Source: an uncultured Nitrososphaerales archaeon
Lineage (GTDB): Archaea > Thermoproteota > Nitrososphaeria > Nitrososphaerales > Nitrososphaeraceae
DNA length: 64,000 bases
Direction of reading: 5' to 3'
Assembly: GCA_963709405.1 (NCBI GenBank)
Contig: CAVPXM010000021.1
Span: 160,001 to 224,000 of the forward strand
Part shown: piece after piece, positions 22,693 through 33,484 of the stretch
Position numbering within the stretch: the first letter of the stretch is position 1
Layout: each line of letters opens with the position of its first letter
Program-made: the position numbers and the translations under genes
Notes under the pieces: generated by a model
Databases searched by the model: none
What the model saw: only the letters and a program-made list of their open reading frames with translations
Told to the model about the DNA's origin: nothing

Positions 22693-23394
22693 ATGTCAGA
22701 TGTCAACTTCGTCCAAGTAATCACATTAGCAGAACTCTTGATGATGGGAGCACGCCAAGGTTTCATAGAAATTAATACCAGCAAACTGGGAAAGCGGATA
22801 AGCAAATCGCAACAAGCAGCATCAAAACATCTTTTGGAATTAGAATCTCTTGGTTTTATAGTACGAACACGAACGGGTCAAAAATTCAAGGTGCGCGTAA
22901 CGGATCGAGGCTATAAGGAGATTGAAAACGTATCATCGCTGCTCAAATCAGCATTGGAAGCTCATTCATCCACACTCGTTGCATTAGAAGGCAAGGTGGT
23001 ATCGGGGATGGGAGAAGGTGCATACTACATGTCTCTAGATGGGTATAGGACACAATTCAGGCAGAAACTGGGTTATGAGCCATATCCAGGAACTTTAAAC
23101 GTCAAATTGGCGGAAGAAATTTTTATGAATTCCAGGCCGGACATTGAGAAATCCTCTTATGTCTATATTCAAGGATTCAATGATGGATCGCGCACTTATG
23201 GTTGGGTTAAATGCTATCCTGCAGACATCAACGATGGAGCAATTTCTGATTCGGCGATTCTGGTCTTGGAGAGGACGCATTATGACACAAGTCTGTTAGA
23301 AGTTATCGCTCCAGTCTGTATCAAAGATTATTTAGGAATACGCAATGGTGACAGAGTCAAGATAACAGTTCATTCTAACACGGTCAAGGGTTGA
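22693..23394 (+). CDS. ribK: CTP-dependent riboflavin kinase with N-terminal winged HTH
   Basis: SQQAASKHL HTH; VSGMGEGAYY, YPGTLN, RTHY, EVIAP. Confidence 0.92.
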   Translation: MSDVNFVQVITLAELLMMGARQGFIEINTSKLGKRISKSQQAASKHLLELESLGFIVRTRTGQKFKVRVTDRGYKEIENVSSLLKSALEAHSSTLVALEGKVVSGMGEGAYYMSLDGYRTQFRQKLGYEPYPGTLNVKLAEEIFMNSRPDIEKSSYVYIQGFNDGSRTYGWVKCYPADINDGAISDSAILVLERTHYDTSLLEVIAPVCIKDYLGIRNGDRVKITVHSNTVKG

Positions 23395-23418
23395 ACTAAA
23401 TTAAATTTAATGTATGAA

Positions 23419-24042
23419 TTAAATTCCATATATGGATTCTCCCAGATCTTCTTTTATCTTAGAACTCTTAATCTTTGGTACCGGAGTGTTGAGCCTGATT
23501 ACCCTCGCACTCAGATTTCTTTTTCGACAGTTCTCCGCGATTTCTTTCTCACTGTGGGTCTGATCATATCCCAGTGCAATAATGTCAGGTTTTATAAATT
23601 CAACAGTGTCGTATAGGGAGCTTTCTCTGCCAATTACGGCTAGATCTACGAAGCCTAGGGATGACACTAATTCTCTGCGCAAATTTTCGTCATGATAAAT
23701 CTGTCGGTACTTCTTTATTTTAAGTGCAGTGGAAATTCGTGCAATAACCACTATCAAAACATCTCCATGTGATCTTGCTCCAAGTAGGGTGCGTATATGG
23801 CCAGGATGAATCAGATCAAATACGCCCCCTACTAAAACTACCTTGATAGCGTCTCGGCCAATAAAAGTGAGTCTTTCAGTGTCTTTTTCAACGAAGCCTT
23901 TCGCTACGAGATTTTCAATTCTGTTCTTAAAGACGTCGCGTGGCAAAGGAAAACGAGTTCTTATCCATTCCATTGGTGAAAGTGAAGGGTCTAATGAGCT
24001 TACATATAGCGACACTAGAATGGCCTTATCTGTCGGATCCAT
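23419..24042 (-). CDS. ribL: FAD synthase (RibL-type cytidylyltransferase fold) with N-terminal extension
   Basis: GGVFDLIHPGH, KPDIIALGYDQ, SSKIK; convergent with ribK. Confidence 0.82.
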   Translation of the reverse strand: MDPTDKAILVSLYVSSLDPSLSPMEWIRTRFPLPRDVFKNRIENLVAKGFVEKDTERLTFIGRDAIKVVLVGGVFDLIHPGHIRTLLGARSHGDVLIVVIARISTALKIKKYRQIYHDENLRRELVSSLGFVDLAVIGRESSLYDTVEFIKPDIIALGYDQTHSEKEIAENCRKRNLSARVIRLNTPVPKIKSSKIKEDLGESIYGI

Positions 24043-24800
24043 CTATTTAGAAAGGCTGAAACGATTTACATGCTTTAAACATTTCATTTTTGATCACTAA
24101 AGGATCAACTTAATACGCCACGATTATCATTCATTCAGTTTTATTATGGTATGTAACAGTTTAGCTGGCATGTAGAAGATAAGCCCCCCAATGCTTATCT
24201 CAGCAAATTATTAAATTTTAAGCGAATTGATTTAATGCCGAGTTTACATCGATTATGTTGTGGAAATTAAAACAAAGAGCATTCAGTGAAGTGGGGTCAC
24301 ACTCCATCTTTACATTTACCGTGTAAGGAGGCTAAAGTAAGATTTGTAATGAAAAGAACCATCCATATTGGGTTCTTTATTTGACATCAGTTGAATTGAG
24401 AATAGCCTGAATGAGAAGCTACGTAAGACTCATTTTGATCCGACAATAGTTGGATGTACACCTTCTATTTGACGTATGGCAATAGGGATCATTGCTAGTA
24501 AAGAATGTATAAACACTTAGTAGGACCAACAGGAGATTCCGATAAAATTTATGGAAAATCTATATTTTGACTAATAATATTAAAAACATGTGGATTTTCT
24601 TACTAAGAATTTGTAAAAACTGAACGAGCAATACTCGTCTAACTGAAGTTAGAAAGATTGTTCATTATAGCTTTTGCAAGATGCTGAACCACTGCCTTGC
24701 GCATATCTATGAATCTGACGATGCCAAGGACTTTTCGTATATCCTACATATGTCTATTGTAATAGTATGCTGATACGATGTTATTGAGGATAATGTAACT

Positions 24801-25076
24801 CTATTGAAATCGAATATCGTCGTACCCTTCATCCAGCCCCTTTATACAATTCGTTCCAAGAATTACTACGGGATTAAATTTTATCTTCCCCTTCGGTATT
24901 TTCGAACTGGATTGCAGATCTTGAATCCTGAGCTTTATGGCGTCTTTATGCAAATCGCAAACCGCCCCAATCATATATTCATCATTGTTGTTATCCTGGA
25001 CCGAAAGGATATAGTTAGGAGGCAAAGCACAATCGGTTTGCTGAGATCTAAAGGAACAGGACTTTGGTAGAGACAC
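24801..25076 (-). CDS. Hypothetical Cys-containing small protein
   Basis: 91-aa ORF (CSF...C..PP.Y...EYMIGAVC..H); TATA-like TTTTATAT just upstream on the minus strand. Confidence 0.6.
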   Translation of the reverse strand: MSLPKSCSFRSQQTDCALPPNYILSVQDNNNDEYMIGAVCDLHKDAIKLRIQDLQSSSKIPKGKIKFNPVVILGTNCIKGLDEGYDDIRFQ

Positions 25077-25494
25077 GTAACTGTATCTGGCTTGCTAGAT
25101 ATAAAACCGATTGTACCAGAAACAGCAGTATATCTTTAACAAATAAAATTCGCTTTCTCTAACTGAGGCTTCTCTTCCTTAGATCATTTCGATCTGTAAA
25201 GAGATTAACCTTCTTTTTATAAGGAGCCTCTCACTCAAGTTGTGCCTGCATACCTGCATACGCTCACAAATTTTAATATCCTCTTGAGATAATTTTCTGA
25301 CACGAAAATCATATTACGTTGGATCCATTGGGCCTCAGAGGCATGAGGCCCAAATATGCGACAGCTTGGAAGACTATGAGAGGTCAGCTCCATAGAATTC
25401 TTCAATTATGCTAAAAGATATTTGTGATAAATATGATAGAAGATCTATATTCATACTTTATGTACCTGAATAGATTAAAGATAACTATCGACTA

Positions 25495-27351
25495 TTGATA
25501 AAGACAACGCTTACTAGGAGTAACCTTGCAATCCTTCTTACTATCGCAGCGATTGGGGTATTTCTTTCCGTTATTTCGTATCAGTATTCTACAATAACGG
25601 CCAACGAAATCTCACGGATCGCGTCAATGGATGTACGATCCAATGCAAAGATAGAGGCACATGACCTATCACAAATACTAGTCCACAGCATTGATTCATT
25701 AACAAATAACTTGCAAGCACTTACTAATGCTCCTCCATTTCAGAATACCAGTGATATCAAAACTGGTCAGGTGCTACTCAACGCAGCACAAGATTCTACA
25801 AAACAATTAACGGATGGCTACTATTGGCTGGATAGAGACGGTAGAATAGTAACCTGGAGTAATATAGGTCCAGAAACGTTAGAAAAGTACAAAGGATTCA
25901 ATCTTAGCGACCGCGAATTTTTGAAAGTCCCTAGAGATCTGCTTGTGCCGTACTACAGCAGCATATTCGAATCTCCAGATAAGATTCCTAGGTTGTATAT
26001 ATCCTATCCCATAATCGAATCTGACAAGTCCAAAATGAATACAGGTGTTAGTACTTCTGGTAATTCAAGCGATACAAGAAAGTTTGGAGGAATCATAATT
26101 GCGGCGATTAGTGTACAGACTATTGGAAAATTCTTACAGAAGGGATTATCGCCGTACTTTGTAAGTAGCTTGGGATTAATGGACAAGAATGGAGTTTTTA
26201 TATATGCAAGAAATCATACCCTTGTTGGCAAAAACTATTTGTCGGATGAGTTCCAGACCACTGTTCCTGAAGACGCAAAAAAATCATATAACAGTATTTT
26301 GAAACGATCGCTGGGAGATAGCCCCGGAGCTGAGGATGTGACTTTCCGTGGCAATACAAGCACTATATCTTATCAACCTGTCTTGATTAATGGGAAGCAT
26401 CTCTGGACCTTATTCATAGGATCTCCCCACAATTTGACCAGTGATGTGGGTTACTTAATAAACCAACTAAAGAATTTTAGTACGCTCGTAGTCGCAACCA
26501 TTGCCTCTATATCGATAGGTATGGCTTTTCTGATTCTATCCTGGAACCGAAGATTAAGAGCAGCAGTTAATGTTAGAACTAGCGAACTCAAGAACGCTAA
26601 TCAGTCGTTAGTCGAATCGAATAGGTTACTTGCGAGTGCGAACGAACAGTTAAAGGTGCACGATAGAATGCAAAAGGAATTCATTAACATCGCGGCGCAT
26701 GAACTGCGTACCCCTATAATGCCAATTTTGGGAGATGCCGAGTATATGGAAAGGCAGTTCAGCACGAAGGCAGAACCTGCACATCTTGATAATGAGCAAA
26801 TACGGTCGATCATCCGCAACGCGAAAAGGTTAGATCGACTTGCCTCTGATATTCTGGATGTTACTAAAATAGAAAGCAAGAGCCTTAAGCTTCACAAAGA
26901 ATTGTTCAATTTAGATGATGTTCTGGTGGCGGCAGTACATGATGTTAAACAACAGATTGCAAACAACTCAGATCTGCGTGATAAAATTGAAGTCCTTTAC
27001 AAACCCACCAATGTTGATATCATAGCAGATAAGGGTCGACTGTACCAGGTCATCTCCAATCTTCTTAGTAATGCGGTCAAATTTTCTGAGAGAGGGTCGA
27101 TTTCAGTAGATGTCCAAAGATCGGAGACGAAGGTTACAGTCAGCGTTAGAGATGCTGGCCTAGGAATAGATTCTGAAATTCTACCAAGACTATTTTCTAA
27201 ATTTGCAAGTAAATCCGAGAATGGCACGGGTTTAGGGTTGTTCATTTCGCGAAGTATTGTAGAAGCTCACGGCGGAAAAATTTGGGCCAGTAATAATGGC
27301 ATCGGCCCGGGTGCAACTTTTACTTTTTTTATTCCATTAAACGATAGTTAA
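25495..27351 (+). CDS. Membrane sensor histidine kinase (two TM, extracytoplasmic Cache-like domain)
   Basis: H-box AAHELRTP, N-box NLLSNAVKF, D.GLG, GTGLGL, HGG. Confidence 0.93.
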   Translation: MIKTTLTRSNLAILLTIAAIGVFLSVISYQYSTITANEISRIASMDVRSNAKIEAHDLSQILVHSIDSLTNNLQALTNAPPFQNTSDIKTGQVLLNAAQDSTKQLTDGYYWLDRDGRIVTWSNIGPETLEKYKGFNLSDREFLKVPRDLLVPYYSSIFESPDKIPRLYISYPIIESDKSKMNTGVSTSGNSSDTRKFGGIIIAAISVQTIGKFLQKGLSPYFVSSLGLMDKNGVFIYARNHTLVGKNYLSDEFQTTVPEDAKKSYNSILKRSLGDSPGAEDVTFRGNTSTISYQPVLINGKHLWTLFIGSPHNLTSDVGYLINQLKNFSTLVVATIASISIGMAFLILSWNRRLRAAVNVRTSELKNANQSLVESNRLLASANEQLKVHDRMQKEFINIAAHELRTPIMPILGDAEYMERQFSTKAEPAHLDNEQIRSIIRNAKRLDRLASDILDVTKIESKSLKLHKELFNLDDVLVAAVHDVKQQIANNSDLRDKIEVLYKPTNVDIIADKGRLYQVISNLLSNAVKFSERGSISVDVQRSETKVTVSVRDAGLGIDSEILPRLFSKFASKSENGTGLGLFISRSIVEAHGGKIWASNNGIGPGATFTFFIPLNDS

Positions 27352-27353
27352 TA

Positions 27354-27371
27354 TCTATCTATCTATCTATC
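27354..27371. repeat. Short (ATCT)n microsatellite
   Basis: atctatctatctatctat immediately after the kinase stop. Confidence 0.6.
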
Positions 27372-27446
27372 CATACTGGGTCATATCCCGGTACGATCAC
27401 CCCGTCTATGCATGTACTTCAAATCTCTTGAAAAGTTGACCTGCGA

Positions 27447-27596
27447 TTACTCTATAGACTCCTTAGATAATAAATTATTCTTCAATATTTTCGAGTGACC
27501 GGTGTGCTCTCTGTGATCAATCACGTCGGAGTAAAAGATGAAATGAGAATCACATTCTCGGCAAATCCAAATTATCTTCAAGTCGTCAGGATGCAT
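27447..27596 (-). CDS. 49-aa C2H2-type zinc-finger microprotein
   Basis: Manual translation MHPDDLKIIWICRECDSHFIFYSDVIDHREHTGHSKILKNNLLSKESIE*; CxxC-x3-F-x8-H-x5-H; not in the ORF track. Confidence 0.65.
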   Translation of the reverse strand: MHPDDLKIIWICRECDSHFIFYSDVIDHREHTGHSKILKNNLLSKESIE

Positions 27597-27857
27597 ACAC
27601 AACGACCGATAGCATGTCTTTTAAACGATAGGTAACATATCTCATACTAATTTTCTTCTCGAATTTCTCATGTATATAGACATGACCTCGTTAAGAAGAA
27701 TGGTGGGGGGATAATCGATTCGGTCTTTCTTGCATTATGCCGCTAATCACTTATAAAACACATTCCGAAATATTGTTAATCGTAGGTTTCTTTGGGGTCG
27801 AATCCAGCATTTAATTGTTTGATAACATTAAATATTAGTAATTTTTTCCAGTAAGTT

Positions 27858-28289
27858 ATGATCAACAATCGAATAGGAAATGAACGACCCAGGATCTTGG
27901 TTGTTGATGACGAGAAAGATATCCTGCGCATTATCAAACGGGATTTGGAATCAACCTTTGTCGACGAGAATAACACTTCGGAGGATAAATTTGATGTTGA
28001 GACATTTTCAAATGGTCAAGATGCATTGAAAGCAATCGAAAGTCACCCGAATAATTATTACGATCTTGTACTTACAGATATCAGAATGCCAAAAATGAAC
28101 GGGTTTGAATTGTACCGACGTATCAAGGAAAAAAATTCTACTCTAAAGATTGCCTTTATAACAGCATTTGAAATTAACCAGGAAGAATTCAGTAAGGTGT
28201 TACCATCTATAGATGTCCAGGATTTTATTATAAAGCCCATTGGAATGTCGAACTTGAGAACAAAATTAAAATCAATGATTCAGAAGTAA
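27858..28289 (+). CDS. Single-domain response regulator (receiver)
   Basis: ILVVDDE, LTDIRMPKMNG, FITA, KP. Confidence 0.92.
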   Translation: MINNRIGNERPRILVVDDEKDILRIIKRDLESTFVDENNTSEDKFDVETFSNGQDALKAIESHPNNYYDLVLTDIRMPKMNGFELYRRIKEKNSTLKIAFITAFEINQEEFSKVLPSIDVQDFIIKPIGMSNLRTKLKSMIQK

Positions 28290-28834
28290 TCATAAAAAGC
28301 CGAGAACAGTCATTTTTATTGAAAGGCGAATTGATATGCATATTCTCCTTATATATTATTTCTAGAAGATTGCTGTATGTGTTTTTTCAGGAAGTTGTTC
28401 TCGTGAAAACCTCTATTAAATATCTACCTACTCTTTAAATTCGAAGTTTTTTCAATAACTTCCTCTATGAATGATAATGACCTTAACAGCCTCTGGATCT
28501 GTAATATATGCAAATTTGACTTTATCTTCAAATCTGATGTGGAATCTCATATAGCAGATACTGGACACGATTTAATTCAGAAATATGATTTGTTGTCGAC
28601 GCCTCTAATTGATTACTAATATTCCTCATGTATTCTGCGTGCGGACGCACCTATAATTGGCTACTTGCAGTGCTGTCGTTAATGTGAGTACTTTCGCTTG
28701 AATCTTCACCAGGAGACGAGGAATAAAGATCCTGGACAATTGCCTTAATACATGACCTCTTACTAATTGTCGGAACCATCGAGAGAGAACTTTTATACTC
28801 CACTCAGGTAGAGGACTGAATACGATCTAGAGGG

Positions 28835-29287
28835 CTACAAATCGTGTCTCATTGATATTCCATACTTTCTAAAGCCACATTTTTCGTAAAACCTGACAAT
28901 ATTTTCTAAGCAGTCTAAAATCACTTTATAGCAGCCACTGGAACTTGCAAATTCCCGTGCCTTGCACACCAAAGCTCCGCCAATACCGCTACCTTCATAA
29001 CCCTTACGTGTAACAACATCTTCAATATGCGCTACCTTTCCTCCCGAATGAATAAACTTGTCTTCGATTAGTACTGTGATCGAACCTATTACGTTTCCAT
29101 TGTTTAAGGCTGCCACGAATATCTTGTGTTGTGGATTTGATTTAATTTTATTAAATAATTGTAATGCTTTCAGATTATCAATGTCAGACACATTCGACAA
29201 GTTTGACAAGGTCTCGAAAAAGCCATTATCCAGATCAATCTTCTCCAATTCTCGCACAAGAAAATCATGGCTCATTAAGTTTGACAT
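28835..29287 (-). CDS. GNAT acetyltransferase, glucosamine-6-phosphate N-acetyltransferase (GNA1)-like
   Basis: KFIH.GG...HIEDVV, G.GIG, GCYKVILDC, FYEKCGF. Confidence 0.85.
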   Translation of the reverse strand: MSNLMSHDFLVRELEKIDLDNGFFETLSNLSNVSDIDNLKALQLFNKIKSNPQHKIFVAALNNGNVIGSITVLIEDKFIHSGGKVAHIEDVVTRKGYEGSGIGGALVCKAREFASSSGCYKVILDCLENIVRFYEKCGFRKYGISMRHDL

Positions 29288-29317
29288 CTTTTAAGGACTT
29301 TTTGTCGCTGTATTAAT

Positions 29318-30391
29318 CTATGCTTTTTGATTGAGATATATCCTTTCCATCTCCTTCATCCAATTTGTCTTATTCAAAAAAATTCTCTTTTGTTTGCGCG
29401 GTTTACATTCAGAAATTGCATAAGCGCATAATAAGGGAAAATAAACAGATGCATCACCATACACAATTATATTACCACTATGTGAAGTTTTGATTTTCCC
29501 CCAGCTCTTTCCTTCCTGTAGTGTCGCCCCTGACAGTCCACCGGTATCCGGCCTCGCGTCTGTCAGTTGAATAATGTAATCATGCCCACCTTCCTTTATC
29601 TTCAGTATTTGATACAGTGCAGGACCAGTTTGCTGGAAAAAATTCTTTGGAACTCCGCCGCCTAATTCTAGTGCTCCAGATTTTGAAGATTTCCAAAGAA
29701 TAGCAGCCGATTCTGCCACATCATTTATTACGTTAAACATAATAGGCTGTTTCTCAAATAACAGCGGCAACATGTTCAGTCCTATAGAAGAATCACTAAT
29801 CGCTGGGATATATATCGGAATATCCTGTTCAGATGCTGCAACTACGAATGATTTCTCAGGAAATCGTGAGCGTTTCTTAGCAGCTTTTCCAAGAGCATAA
29901 GATAGATCCGCCGTAGATTTACTGTTAGACATATCGGGTATACTTTTTCTTAAATCGTTTTGTACAATGATATCCTGAGCTTGAAGTGTTCCGGTTTCCT
30001 TAATATAAGTGTCGTATATCCTCACAATCTGCTTCGAGTAAAGGACATCATCGTCCACATTAAAATGCCCTTGACGTACAGGCAGGCCATATGCGAAGTG
30101 TAAATCATGGTAGACATTCGCGCCAGTTGATACGATCCAGTCAATAAAGCCATTTTCAATCATTAACTTAATGGCCATTCCTATACCCACTGGTGTCATT
30201 GCCCCCGACAGCGTTAGACAGATTGTGGCGTTGCTTTCAACCATGTGTTTAAACAACTTGGCTGCTTCAGCAAGTCTGCGTGCATTATATCCAGTAGAGC
30301 CAAAAAATTCTATCATTTGGGATACAGTCATATCTTTATTAATAATTGGAGGATCTATTTTCTTCCCTCTAAACGAATGATATTTATCCAT
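29318..30391 (-). CDS. Deoxyhypusine synthase-like protein (homospermidine-synthase/SpeY-like paralog)
   Basis: SGAMTP, STGAN.YHD, DSSIG, GGGVPKNF, DTGGLSGAT..E..SWGK. Confidence 0.85.
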   Translation of the reverse strand: MDKYHSFRGKKIDPPIINKDMTVSQMIEFFGSTGYNARRLAEAAKLFKHMVESNATICLTLSGAMTPVGIGMAIKLMIENGFIDWIVSTGANVYHDLHFAYGLPVRQGHFNVDDDVLYSKQIVRIYDTYIKETGTLQAQDIIVQNDLRKSIPDMSNSKSTADLSYALGKAAKKRSRFPEKSFVVAASEQDIPIYIPAISDSSIGLNMLPLLFEKQPIMFNVINDVAESAAILWKSSKSGALELGGGVPKNFFQQTGPALYQILKIKEGGHDYIIQLTDARPDTGGLSGATLQEGKSWGKIKTSHSGNIIVYGDASVYFPLLCAYAISECKPRKQKRIFLNKTNWMKEMERIYLNQKA

Positions 30392-30940
30392 CGTGAATCA
30401 TAACTGGGAGATGCTTTTAAAAATTATACTGTTCGACACAAGTCTAACCAAACTATTCAGTAGATGTTTCGAGAATGCGTCTAACTGCGAACTTTGGTAC
30501 ATTCCAAACGTTTTATAGATAGACTCGACGCCAAACTGATCCTTATTGGGGTAAAGTATCTTGGAGCTAAAGAGGTCACCCTAGTATCTGAATCTTCTCA
30601 CATGAAAATGACAATTCTTAAGTCGGTTCTTGGGATATATGTTCTCGAGCTCATCACCATATGAAGTGAAGGTACAAAATTCATTCAACTGAATTTAATC
30701 TAAGAAAATTTCGAGTTTTAATCTACGTTACAGTTTGAGGACAAGTTAGTGTTTTAACGTTTTCGTAATGAACATTAATCTAGTGAAGCATATTACATAG
30801 CACTAATACACGTCACTCGCATGGCAGCATCTTGATATTTACAGTTTTCGAGGGTATTGCCAAGATATCATAGAGTCCATAGGCTAGAGCTCATCAAATA
30901 TTAAGAACAGATTTTATTCCACCCTTATTCTAAAGTCAAT

Positions 30941-31951
30941 ATGATCGTCCCACATAGGAAGAGAAATAGAACGAGGAATAGAAAGTATGTCAGGAAGCAG
31001 TCCTTTTTGGTTGACAGTATAACTGATTACTCGATAAAATTAGATGATATGGATTCTCTTATTAGCTCGATGTCGCAGTCCGGAGGATTTGAATCAAGAA
31101 ATCTTGCAAATGGTGTTAACATACTTTGGTCAATGCAAAACGACAGCAAATGTACCAGATTCCTTTCGTTTGTGGGTTCAATTATCTCGACAGGGGTTAG
31201 GGGAATAATACGCGACATGTTAAAGAACAAAATGTTTGATTGTGTCATTACTACCTGTGGTGCACTTGACCACGATATCGCAAGGGCAAATGACGCGTAC
31301 TACGCTGGTGAGTTCGGAATTGATGACAACATCCTTCTGAACAATAAAATTCATCGTCTAGGTAACGTGCTAATTCCCAATGAAAACTATGGGCCGTTAA
31401 TTGAGAAAAAAGTCCAGCAATGCTTATTGGGTTTATATAATAAAAGTAATGTAAAAGAATTTTCAAGCTCTGAAATTACCAAACATATTGGGAGGAAAAT
31501 GAACGAAAGTTCATTTTTGTACTGGGCGAGCAGAAATGATATTCCTGTCATAGTTCCAGGAATACTTGATGGCGCAGTTGGAAGCCAGATATGGCTATTT
31601 TATCAAAATCATCGGGACTTCAAATTGAATCTTTTGGCTGATCAATCGAGATTATCTGACATAATATATGATGCCAAAAAAACAGGTGCGTTTATGATCG
31701 GCGGTGGAATTTCGAAACATCATACACTATGGTGGAATCAGTTCAGAGGCGGCCTAGATTACGCGTTGTATATTACTACGGCTAATGAGTGGGATGGAAG
31801 TCTGAGCGGTGCACTAGTTACCGAGGCTATATCTTGGGGAAAAGTTAAAGCGAAGGCGAAGCAAGTCACTATCCATGGTGAAGCAACAATCCTATTACCA
31901 TTCATATATCGGGCTCTGCTGGGCAGGAAAGACATGAATTCATATAGTTGA
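30941..31951 (+). CDS. dys: Deoxyhypusine synthase
   Basis: TTCGALDHD, HRLGNV, GGGISKHH, DGSLSGA...EAISWGKV. Confidence 0.9.
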   Translation: MIVPHRKRNRTRNRKYVRKQSFLVDSITDYSIKLDDMDSLISSMSQSGGFESRNLANGVNILWSMQNDSKCTRFLSFVGSIISTGVRGIIRDMLKNKMFDCVITTCGALDHDIARANDAYYAGEFGIDDNILLNNKIHRLGNVLIPNENYGPLIEKKVQQCLLGLYNKSNVKEFSSSEITKHIGRKMNESSFLYWASRNDIPVIVPGILDGAVGSQIWLFYQNHRDFKLNLLADQSRLSDIIYDAKKTGAFMIGGGISKHHTLWWNQFRGGLDYALYITTANEWDGSLSGALVTEAISWGKVKAKAKQVTIHGEATILLPFIYRALLGRKDMNSYS

Positions 31952-32386
31952 CTTGACCTGTTGCCAAATCTAACTACGTTTAGATGAATAATCATGCTTT
32001 ATTGAAATATTAGGTTGAGTATTATGCAGAATATGTGCACGTGATTACAACTTATAGCAGAACTCAACAGATATTATCCAGAACACGAAGATAGTCGAAA
32101 ATAATGATTTCTAGTGGAATGTTTAGGATCCGTTCTAACAATATCTTCAGAGGCCGATAGTACAACGAGTAAAATTCTAATAGTTTACGACTGACCCTTA
32201 CTGGTCATAACAAAGCTTGGAGGACAAGAAATAGGAATTAGTTCACCTATCTCATAAATGCTATCATACCATGATTATTCAGTAGATAGATACAGGTATT
32301 TGATCAGTCCTGAAATTATCTTGAGATTAACTGATCTGACGCTCTAGTGTGTGTATATTATATTCCAATGAGTTCTGCATTCAAGT

Positions 32387-33115
32387 TTAAGAAATACTAG
32401 GCAGAAATTTTCCTGTCTCGACCACATTGCCGTACAAGCTGCTAAAGTTGGTATAAAACACCTGGCAGTATTTTCTAAGATTGCCAATATTTAAATCCAA
32501 ATCGCCAGATATTTCATCGTGATTCATTCGTAATTCACGAATCTCCTGATCGTATTGCAGAGACCATCTTTTTATCATATCGCCGGTTACTTCAATGTGA
32601 AATTGGATGCCTATGGCTGTACCTATTTTGAATGCTTGAACGTAGTGCTCAGAGGATGCGAGGATGTTGGTATTAGTTGGGAGTTCAAATGTGTCCCCGT
32701 GCCATTGAAATACCTTTAGTCTATCTCTACTTATCCCATAAAAAAATTCACTCTTACCTGTTTCGGTAAGCTGAAGGTCAAACCAGCCTATCTCTTTATG
32801 ATTTCCCTTATAGACTCTTCCTCCTAGTGCAGAGGCTATGAGTTGTGATCCTAAACATACACCTAAGATCGGGATATGCTTATGGACTGCGTCTTTTATA
32901 AGAAACTTCTCCAATTCGAGAAATTCTAGGTCCTCATAAGCCGACATAGGCCCACCTAGGATTATTATTGCTTCGTATTTGTTTGGATCTATTTGAAGAG
33001 CTTGTTTTGTTGCTAGTAACTCTTCAATTTCGTACCCGTCGGCCAGCAATAATGGCCTGAGCATTCCAAGAGTTTCACATTCGATATTTTGAATTGACAG
33101 TATTTTCCCAGTCAC
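32387..33115 (-). CDS. Class I glutamine amidotransferase (stand-alone, GMP-synthase-like)
   Basis: LGGPMS, GVCLGSQ nucleophile, WHGD, QFHIE. Confidence 0.88.
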   Translation of the reverse strand: MTGKILSIQNIECETLGMLRPLLLADGYEIEELLATKQALQIDPNKYEAIIILGGPMSAYEDLEFLELEKFLIKDAVHKHIPILGVCLGSQLIASALGGRVYKGNHKEIGWFDLQLTETGKSEFFYGISRDRLKVFQWHGDTFELPTNTNILASSEHYVQAFKIGTAIGIQFHIEVTGDMIKRWSLQYDQEIRELRMNHDEISGDLDLNIGNLRKYCQVFYTNFSSLYGNVVETGKFLPSIS

Positions 33116-33484
33116 TCGAATGCATTCACAATTCAGCGTGGTAGGGCAATCGCTTATGTGTTTATCTCAGAATCAAAGATATCTATAACCAGTCGTTTGA
33201 ATATTAGGATCGGAGGATGCAAATTCAACAAAATGACAATGGATACAATATTATTATGAAGGAATATTATGAGTCCAAGATGTGAGCAATTTTATGTATA
33301 TATTTCAGCTGGGCGAGAATTATTCTTTTAAGAGATCTTTTTGTTAGTTTTTAATTCACATATCTCCTTTATGTCTTATCTGTTCGACATCAATCTGGCT
33401 TGAGACGAATCCTCATCTTTGTTTCAGTATCTATGTCGTCGACTTTTGAATATAATATGAAATTTGGGTTTGGGTAATTATGAG

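Noticed and set aside
24100-24790. Long intergenic stretch that might hold an sRNA or gene remnant
   Set aside because: No convincing ORF, repeat or known RNA motif was recognised
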